IMG/VR virus record: IMGVR_UViG_3300034092_001898
Span: 13,246 to 77,245 of that record
From: a virus
Length of the DNA stretch: 64,000 nucleotides
Strand: one strand, 5' to 3'
Shown one piece after another: positions 58,489 through 64,000 of this stretch. A model generated the notes under the pieces. The model made no database searches. It was not told where the DNA came from and was given only the letters and a program-made list of their open reading frames with translations. Position 1 is the first letter of the stretch; each line of letters opens with the position of its first letter. The translations under genes were made by a program, and so were the position numbers.

Positions 58489-58667
58489 TTGCCGCCCCTT
58501 GGCAGTGGTGGCGTTCCACCACCTCCGTTGAGCCACCAGTGATCAAAGCCTCGCACAAGAAAATGGTCTGTTGTTTGGTCATAGAGTGTCTCCGGGGACC
58601 ACCCGGAGTGGGAGAACTGGGGTTTGGGAAATGGCGGGCTTGGCAGTTGCGCAAGCGACGCCTCCAA

Positions 58668-58696
58668 AAGGTAGCCCCACCGCCCTCCATTGTCAA
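58668..58696 (-). promoter_or_regulatory. Sigma70-type promoter, leftward
   Basis: TTGACA-17 nt-TACCTT on the minus strand. Confidence 0.6.
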
Positions 58697-58875
58697 GCGC
58701 CCTCCAAAACAGTGGCCCTATTGACATGCGATATACGATGGGAACGGAACCGAGTGCTGTCCTGCAGGCTCCTTCCGCCTAAGGGCTTCTCGCCTAGGCT
58801 TCCTTGGCTGGCCCGTTTCGGCCATCGCCGTCAGGCGAACGAGCTAAAGGGCCTTATGAGTCTCTGCTAATTCTC

Positions 58876-58904
58876 TTGACTTCTCCTACGCTGTCTTGTA
58901 GATT
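58876..58904 (+). promoter_or_regulatory. Sigma70-type promoter, rightward
   Basis: TTGACT-17 nt-TAGATT. Confidence 0.6.
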
Positions 58905-58916
58905 TTGCTTGCCTCA

Positions 58917-59165
58917 GTGATTTCCCGTCCTCGCCAGCCCGATCAACTGCCTTCTCTTGTTCACAATGGGCAAGAAATTAGCGTGATTCGCCACTATGGC
59001 TTTTCAAGCAACGGAGCAACTCGGATGCTCTATGCCACTACCGATAGCAATGGCGAAAGGCACTGGAGGAGGAGTTACGAGGAAATTGTCCACTTCATCA
59101 ACAAAAGCAATGACAGCAACACCCATGACCTCGGAGCAGTCAAAGGACTTGGAGTCCCTGATTAA
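58917..59165 (+). CDS. Hypothetical protein
   Basis: GTG just downstream of the promoter. Confidence 0.55.
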   Translation: MISRPRQPDQLPSLVHNGQEISVIRHYGFSSNGATRMLYATTDSNGERHWRRSYEEIVHFINKSNDSNTHDLGAVKGLGVPD

Positions 59166-59454
59166 GGAACTGAATGACATTAAGCTCAGGCAAAAAGCCC
59201 TAGAAGAGCGTGAGGTGCTTTGTAAGGCTGACATTCTTGGCGCACTACAAGCCATTGGTGAAACCAAGTTCGCATCCTCTTATGGTTCCGTGACACTGCA
59301 ATCAAGGAGCAGTCGGCTGTACGGGTCGGAGGTGACGGAGGCCGAGGCCGCCTACAAGCGGCTGAAGGGCCTGGCTGATGACATGGGCGATTATGAGCAA
59401 AAGCCTGGCAAAACCAGCGTAGTGTTTCGCCCCCTTAGCGAAGATGCAATCTAA
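59110..59454 (+). CDS. Coiled-coil phage protein
   Basis: Coiled coil followed by YGSVTL beta segment. Confidence 0.6.
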   Translation: MTATPMTSEQSKDLESLIKELNDIKLRQKALEEREVLCKADILGALQAIGETKFASSYGSVTLQSRSSRLYGSEVTEAEAAYKRLKGLADDMGDYEQKPGKTSVVFRPLSEDAI

Positions 59455-59509
59455 GGCTGATGCAAGGCTGTCTGCTATCATGGTGCCAAATTGCTGAATA
59501 GCGTCAGTC

Positions 59510-60256
59510 ATGCAGCGTCGTCAATACGATCCCGGAGACCCAACACTGGAAGAAGCCGTTGATGTGCTCAAGAAAAACGGTTTCACGGAAAAGGAGATTC
59601 AGGAAATCCGGGATCTTCCCCATCGTAACAGTCGCCTCAATTATGGTCCGCTCAACATACACAAACGGCGGCTAATGGTTAATCAACTTGTTGCTGCATC
59701 ATTCAGCAATGAGCAGATTAGCCAGATTCTGGTCATGAGCAAAGAAACTGTCAATGGTGATAGGGAATATGCACGAAAGCTCTATACGCAAAATATCCTA
59801 CAAACTGCTGACCTTCATCGGGCTAGATTGCTACAAGAAAGCATTGACCTTAAGAATCAGGCACTAGCGGCTTTTCACGAAAGTAAGAAAAAGATTAAGA
59901 CCACTACCAAGCGGAGCGGCGCCGAAGGAGGCGAAGACGAAGGAGGCGAAGACGAAGAGGTGGTAGTGACGGTAGAGGAGAGCGCTGGTGACGTTGGATT
60001 CCTTAACGTAGCCAAAAACCTTATTGCTGAGCAGGCTAGAATTGTTGGTCTTAACAACTTGCCCACGGCAGCAAAGGAGGAGAAAACTTATCAAGACTTC
60101 CTTAAAGACCTTTCTGCCACTTTGGCTAAGGCTGACGCTGATGCGGACGAGCAAAAGGCTAAAGAGCTTGCCATTGAAATCCAGTTCGCAGAGGCTGAAA
60201 ACATTGGCCCTGAAGGCACTCAACTGTTGCCCAGTGCTATTGACGAAAAGCTCTAA
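59510..60256 (+). CDS. HTH protein, possible terminase small subunit
   Basis: RR..V..L....S..QI..IL..S.ETV..D (HTH); AGDVGFL..QARIVGL. Confidence 0.45.
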   Translation: MQRRQYDPGDPTLEEAVDVLKKNGFTEKEIQEIRDLPHRNSRLNYGPLNIHKRRLMVNQLVAASFSNEQISQILVMSKETVNGDREYARKLYTQNILQTADLHRARLLQESIDLKNQALAAFHESKKKIKTTTKRSGAEGGEDEGGEDEEVVVTVEESAGDVGFLNVAKNLIAEQARIVGLNNLPTAAKEEKTYQDFLKDLSATLAKADADADEQKAKELAIEIQFAEAENIGPEGTQLLPSAIDEKL

Positions 60257-60283
60257 AAGGAATACGATGGTTGGGCGCCACTG

Positions 60284-60694
60284 ATGATAATGGATCATTC
60301 TGCCCCCTCCATTGCTTCCTATTTTCCTGCTGAATACAACGAACGGCAGCATACAGTGGTGATTCCGCGAGCATTGCATAGTGATGCCAAGGAAATTGGC
60401 CAAGAGAATCCATTGCCACACCCGGTATGGGGAAAGCTCTGTACCCGAGGGGAACAACTGGTGGTGTTAACCACTGACTTGTCTGACGTTGAGGAATTGG
60501 CTGATTTTGCGCTTGTTGAGTTGCATGAGCCGAGGAGGCAACCAAACAAATTACGGAAAGATGGATGTAAGGCCCTTTTGGATCGCTGCCATCGTGTTGC
60601 GGAATTGGAAGTGATTGGCTCTATTCATGTGCTGGCAAAGGCTTGGAGGCCATCCCCGCTGGTCGGAGCCAAGTTTGCCTATAAGGACGCCTAA
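60284..60694 (+). CDS. Hypothetical protein
   Basis: ORF in the same operon. Confidence 0.6.
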   Translation: MIMDHSAPSIASYFPAEYNERQHTVVIPRALHSDAKEIGQENPLPHPVWGKLCTRGEQLVVLTTDLSDVEELADFALVELHEPRRQPNKLRKDGCKALLDRCHRVAELEVIGSIHVLAKAWRPSPLVGAKFAYKDA

Positions 60695-60717
60695 TAGCTC
60701 CGCTCCATCGAACCCAG

Positions 60718-60746
60718 TTGACACCTAGGCAAAATGGGGCCACAAT
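60718..60746 (+). promoter_or_regulatory. Near-consensus sigma70 promoter heading the accessory array
   Basis: TTGACA-17 nt-CACAAT. Confidence 0.75.
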
Positions 60747-60784
60747 GGGCTCAGGGCAAAAGCCCGGTTCCTTGCACTCTCCCC

Positions 60785-61381
60785 GTGATCTTCGCAGGCA
60801 CTCGCAACGCTGACATCTTCGTCGGTACTGCCCAATCAGACCAGTTTTTCATCAATAACGTCGGTGACGTGATCACCGGAGGCAACAGCCAGGATCAGGT
60901 CAGTAGCTCGCTTTCGGATTACACCCTCGCTGCCGGACTGGGCAGCCTGGTGCTGCGCAGCGGCGCCATCAACGGCACCGGCAACGCCCTGACCAACAAC
61001 ATCGAAGGCAACGTGGGCGACAACATCCTTGACGGCGGTGCCGGCAATGATCTGATCCTCGGCGGTGCTGGCCGGGACACGTTCCTGTTCAGCCATGCCG
61101 GCCAGTCTCACGCTGACTCGCTGCAGGACTTTCAGGCTGGAGTCGATCGCATCGCCGTGCGTGGCTCGGCATTCGGACTGCTGCCCGGCCAGGCCTTCAG
61201 CTACGTCGAAGGATCTCGGGCGACCACGGCCCTGCCGACATTCCTGCGCCAGGGCACTGCTGGGTCTGCGCAGTCGATTTTCTTTGATCGAGACGGCACA
61301 GGTCCGGCGAAGGCACAACTGCTGTGCTCGTTCAGCCCGTTCGCTGGTAAGACGAGCGCCGCCGACTTCGCGATCCTCTGA
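60785..61381 (+). CDS. RTX/hemolysin-type Ca-binding repeat protein
   Basis: INGTGNALTNNIEGNVGDNILDGGAGNDLILGGAGRDTFLF..DFQAGVDRI..FDRDGTG. Confidence 0.88.
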   Translation: MIFAGTRNADIFVGTAQSDQFFINNVGDVITGGNSQDQVSSSLSDYTLAAGLGSLVLRSGAINGTGNALTNNIEGNVGDNILDGGAGNDLILGGAGRDTFLFSHAGQSHADSLQDFQAGVDRIAVRGSAFGLLPGQAFSYVEGSRATTALPTFLRQGTAGSAQSIFFDRDGTGPAKAQLLCSFSPFAGKTSAADFAIL

Positions 61382-61434
61382 GATCGCAGGCCCGCCCGGA
61401 GCCTATCCGGGCATTCCATTGATTTTCTCTCACC

Positions 61435-61725
61435 ATGGAAAACATTGTCATCAACGGAGTGCAATACACTCCAGTTCAGAAGCACGGTTCCCGTGCGGTC
61501 ATTGTTGTCGATCGCGGATGGATCTTCGCAGGTGACGTCACGCGCGGCGGTGGCAGGATCAAACTCAGCCGTTGCGTGTGGGTGTTCAAGTGGACATCGT
61601 GCGGCTTTGCGGCTGTCATCGAGGACCCATCAAAGGCCGACATCCGCCCTCACGCGGACATTGACATCCCGGCTGGCGCGGAGATTTTCTCTGTTCCAGT
61701 CAGCGACGACTGGGGGCTGAAGTGA
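61435..61725 (+). CDS. Small beta-barrel phage protein (DUF6948-like)
   Basis: VIVVDRGWIFAG..L..W.; the type usually paired with a GYG-repeat ORF. Confidence 0.65.
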   Translation: MENIVINGVQYTPVQKHGSRAVIVVDRGWIFAGDVTRGGGRIKLSRCVWVFKWTSCGFAAVIEDPSKADIRPHADIDIPAGAEIFSVPVSDDWGLK

Positions 61726-61991
61726 TTATCGGCTCCGGCGACGGCGACGGCTACGGCTACGGCGGCTACGGCTACGGCTACGGCTACGGCGGCTACGGCG
61801 GCGGCTACGGCTACGGCTACGGCGGCTACGGCGGCGGCTACGGCTACGGCTGCGGCGGCTACGGCTTCGGCGGCTACGGCTACGGCTACGGCTGCGGCTA
61901 CGGCTACGGCTACGGCTACGGCTACGGCTTCGGCGACGGTTTCGGCGAAGGCCTCGGGACTCCATCGCCCCATCGGGCTAGGCGGCCATGA
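61722..61991 (+). CDS. Gly/Tyr-rich low-complexity peptide
   Basis: GTGA coupling; GGCTAC repeats encoding GYGYG. Confidence 0.65.
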   Translation: MIIGSGDGDGYGYGGYGYGYGYGGYGGGYGYGYGGYGGGYGYGCGGYGFGGYGYGYGCGYGYGYGYGYGFGDGFGEGLGTPSPHRARRP

Positions 61992-62036
61992 CGGCCCGCC
62001 CGGAGCCTATCCGGGCATTCCTTTACATCTCCGAAA

Positions 62037-62780
62037 ATGAACCCACAAGACCTAGATCGAGTTCTAACCCAGCACCACGCCTGGGTGAATTCAGGCGGCA
62101 GGGAGGGGGCCAGCGCCGACCTCAGCGACGCCAATCTGCGCGGGGCCAACCTGCACGGGGCCGACCTGAAAGGGGCCGACCTCAGCGACGCCAATCTGCG
62201 CGGGGCCAACCTGCACGGGGCCGACCTGAAAGGGGCCGACCTCAGCGACGCCAATCTGCGCGGGGCCAACCTGCACGGGGCCGACCTGAAAGGGGCCGAC
62301 CTCAGCGACGCCAATCTGCACGGGGCCGACCTGAAAGGGGCCGACCTGCACGGGGCCAATCTGCGCGACGCCAACCTGCACGGGGCCAACCTGCGCGGGG
62401 CCAACCTGCGCGGGGCCGACCTGAAAGGGGCCAACCTGCGCTGGGCCAACCTGAAAGGGGCCAACCTGCGCTGGGCCGACCTGAAAGGGGCCGCTGGGAT
62501 TCCTGTTGCCGTTGACAGTGGCGACCGCTTGCGGGAAGTCGCTGCAGTGGCGACGGCCAGCCATGACGGGCTCTATATGGACTTGTGGCATACGTGCCCA
62601 ACAACGCATTGTATTGCTGGCTGGGCAATCCACTTGGCCGGCGAGCCAGGGCGGCTACTGGAGGAAATGCACGGCCCAGAACTAGCCGGGCGTATGCTGC
62701 TCGGCCATGAGGCCGCATTGCATTTCCATGATGACGACAACGATGCTCGCGCCTGGCTGCTTTCAGTGCTTAACAGTTGA
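62037..62780 (+). CDS. Pentapeptide-repeat protein with C-terminal THCIAGWA domain
   Basis: A(D/N)Lxx repeats including 60-nt tandem units. Confidence 0.92.
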   Translation: MNPQDLDRVLTQHHAWVNSGGREGASADLSDANLRGANLHGADLKGADLSDANLRGANLHGADLKGADLSDANLRGANLHGADLKGADLSDANLHGADLKGADLHGANLRDANLHGANLRGANLRGADLKGANLRWANLKGANLRWADLKGAAGIPVAVDSGDRLREVAAVATASHDGLYMDLWHTCPTTHCIAGWAIHLAGEPGRLLEEMHGPELAGRMLLGHEAALHFHDDDNDARAWLLSVLNS

Positions 62781-62832
62781 ACAGGCCCGCCCGGAGCCTA
62801 TCCGGGCATTCCATTCCTTCGCACGACAGATC

Positions 62833-63210
62833 ATGAACCTTCGAGAAATTCTCGCAAACGATGTAGGCGGGGCCGCAGGGCCAGGCGACTACTCTGACCT
62901 GGAAGACGACGACATGAGCCAGGTGCCGGTTGTGGATGACCACGATCGGCGGCTGAGAGAATTAGCCCAGGTTGTCCTGGCCTCGCCAGACCATCTTCAG
63001 ATGGAATCCTGGCACTCCGATTGTGGCACAAGCCACTGTATTGCCGGCTGGGCGATTCGGCTAGCCGGGGAGGAGGGGGCCAGGCTGGCGGCACTCAATG
63101 ACCCCGAGATAGCCGGTTACATCCTGCTGGGCCCCGAGGCCCACGGCTATTTCTACAGCAAGAAAGAGCATGCTATCGCCTGGCTGCAATCAGTGCTGGT
63201 TCGTCCCTGA
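62833..63210 (+). CDS. Paralog carrying only the HCIAGWA domain
   Basis: L.M..WH..C.T.HCIAGWA..AG..LLG.EA. Confidence 0.8.
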   Translation: MNLREILANDVGGAAGPGDYSDLEDDDMSQVPVVDDHDRRLRELAQVVLASPDHLQMESWHSDCGTSHCIAGWAIRLAGEEGARLAALNDPEIAGYILLGPEAHGYFYSKKEHAIAWLQSVLVRP

Positions 63211-63266
63211 CCGGAGCCTATCCGGGCATCATTCGACAATCACCACTAGCTATCCCTGTTTTTGGT

Positions 63267-63473
63267 ATGACACTTTCTGCTTTCTTGTTGTCTTACGGCT
63301 TCGCAACAGTCTTGACCATGGCCTTCGTGTTTGACTTTGAACACCACACCCCTCCAGTGGAGTGGTTGTCTTCATTTGCTGTTGGCCTTATCTGGTGGTT
63401 TTACTGGCCTTTCCAGGCTGGTGTTGTGCTTCGTATTGCTGCCAACAATCTCGGAGGCAAGAATCGTGGCTGA
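63267..63473 (+). CDS. Small two-TM membrane protein
   Basis: Two hydrophobic segments. Confidence 0.6.
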   Translation: MTLSAFLLSYGFATVLTMAFVFDFEHHTPPVEWLSSFAVGLIWWFYWPFQAGVVLRIAANNLGGKNRG

Positions 63474-63636
63474 GCAAACATTGGAACCCTGCCCGTTCTG
63501 TGGCAGCACAGATCTGGGGCTGTCTCCAGGGTGGGTAACCTCGTACATTCTCTGCGAAACCTGCGGCGCCTATGGGCCAGACGGGGCTGACAGGCAGTCC
63601 GCCGCTGAACGGTGGAACAGGAGGGCGCAGCCATGA
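63466..63636 (+). CDS. Lar-family restriction-alleviation Zn-ribbon protein
   Basis: LEPCPFCG..C..CGAYGP..A...WNRR. Confidence 0.85.
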   Translation: MAEQTLEPCPFCGSTDLGLSPGWVTSYILCETCGAYGPDGADRQSAAERWNRRAQP

Positions 63637-63935
63637 CCCCCGAAGTTCGCGGCCTGATCAGCCGCATGGCTGAGCAGTTAGATCAATTCGTAAGGCAGGT
63701 AACGGACAATCGCTGCCTTCAAAGCGACCTCGCTACCGAGGCCCGCGCTTTCCTGGCCCAGCCGGAATGGCAGCCGATGGAGACTGCGCCGACTGATGGG
63801 ACCCTGATTCTCGCCCACGACTATGACACCATTGCATGTGTGTTGTGGGACGGAGTGGAATGGGATGCCGATGGTATCTGCTTCTTTTCCGCTGGCTGGC
63901 AATACCTGCCGGAAATCCCGGAGGTGCCGCAATGA
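63633..63935 (+). CDS. DUF551-like protein
   Basis: WQPMETAPTDGTLIL..WQYLPE.P. Confidence 0.75.
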   Translation: MTPEVRGLISRMAEQLDQFVRQVTDNRCLQSDLATEARAFLAQPEWQPMETAPTDGTLILAHDYDTIACVLWDGVEWDADGICFFSAGWQYLPEIPEVPQ

Positions 63936-64000
63936 CCCGCTCTGAACAGTGGGAAATGAGTGCAGATCAGAGGTTTTGCTTTGATCTGTTAGCAGATTGC

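Larger units (their letters stand above)
61387..63229 (+). repeat. Four intergenic hairpin repeats (GGCCCGC)CCGGAGCCTATCCGGGCAT
   Basis: Copies at 61387-61420, 61993-62021, 62782-62815 and 63211-63229, each just after a stop codon. Confidence 0.95.

Noticed and set aside
61650-62718. Arg-Ser, Ala-Val and QVGP repeat ORFs in other frames
   Set aside because: Alternative-frame readouts of the GGCTAC and pentapeptide repeats
61387-63229. CRISPR array interpretation of the palindromic repeats
   Set aside because: Intervals are about 400-760 nt of whole genes rather than 30-40 nt spacers; no cas genes

Overview
A 64-kb stretch of a tailed dsDNA phage, most likely a (freshwater) cyanobacterial siphovirus. 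Evidence for the host: cyanophage-type class I RNR, a CP12-like gene, a cyanobacterial-type ThyX and an RTX-repeat gene. Layout: RNR and accessory genes (1-4.8 kb); TerL on the minus strand; head module (DUF1073 portal, gpF-like protein, DUF2213 protease/scaffold, decoration protein, DUF2184 capsid) with a four-gene glycan-modification cluster inside it; tail tube, chaperones and a 1981-aa tape measure; lambda-like tail tip; a long fibre/spike region (32-46 kb); lysis genes; nucleotide metabolism, recombination and primase-helicase genes; and a GC-rich accessory array at the right end. No integrase or DNA polymerase is visible. Most notable observations: (1) the predicted outer virion proteins are strongly enriched in the dipeptide Ser-Gly (about 3-5 per 100 aa, versus 0 in the major capsid protein and about 0.3-0.7 per 100 aa in internal proteins). 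Together with the GT4/GT32/methyltransferase/HAD cluster, this suggests a phage-encoded virion O-glycosylation system with a readable sequon. (2) A second, non-tail -1 frameshift uses the same C.CCA.AAG heptamer as the tail chaperone. (3) Accessory gene cassettes are delimited by repeats. (4) There are candidate structured ncRNAs and a degenerate tRNA. All family calls come from manual motif recognition, and all counts are by eye; no searches were run.
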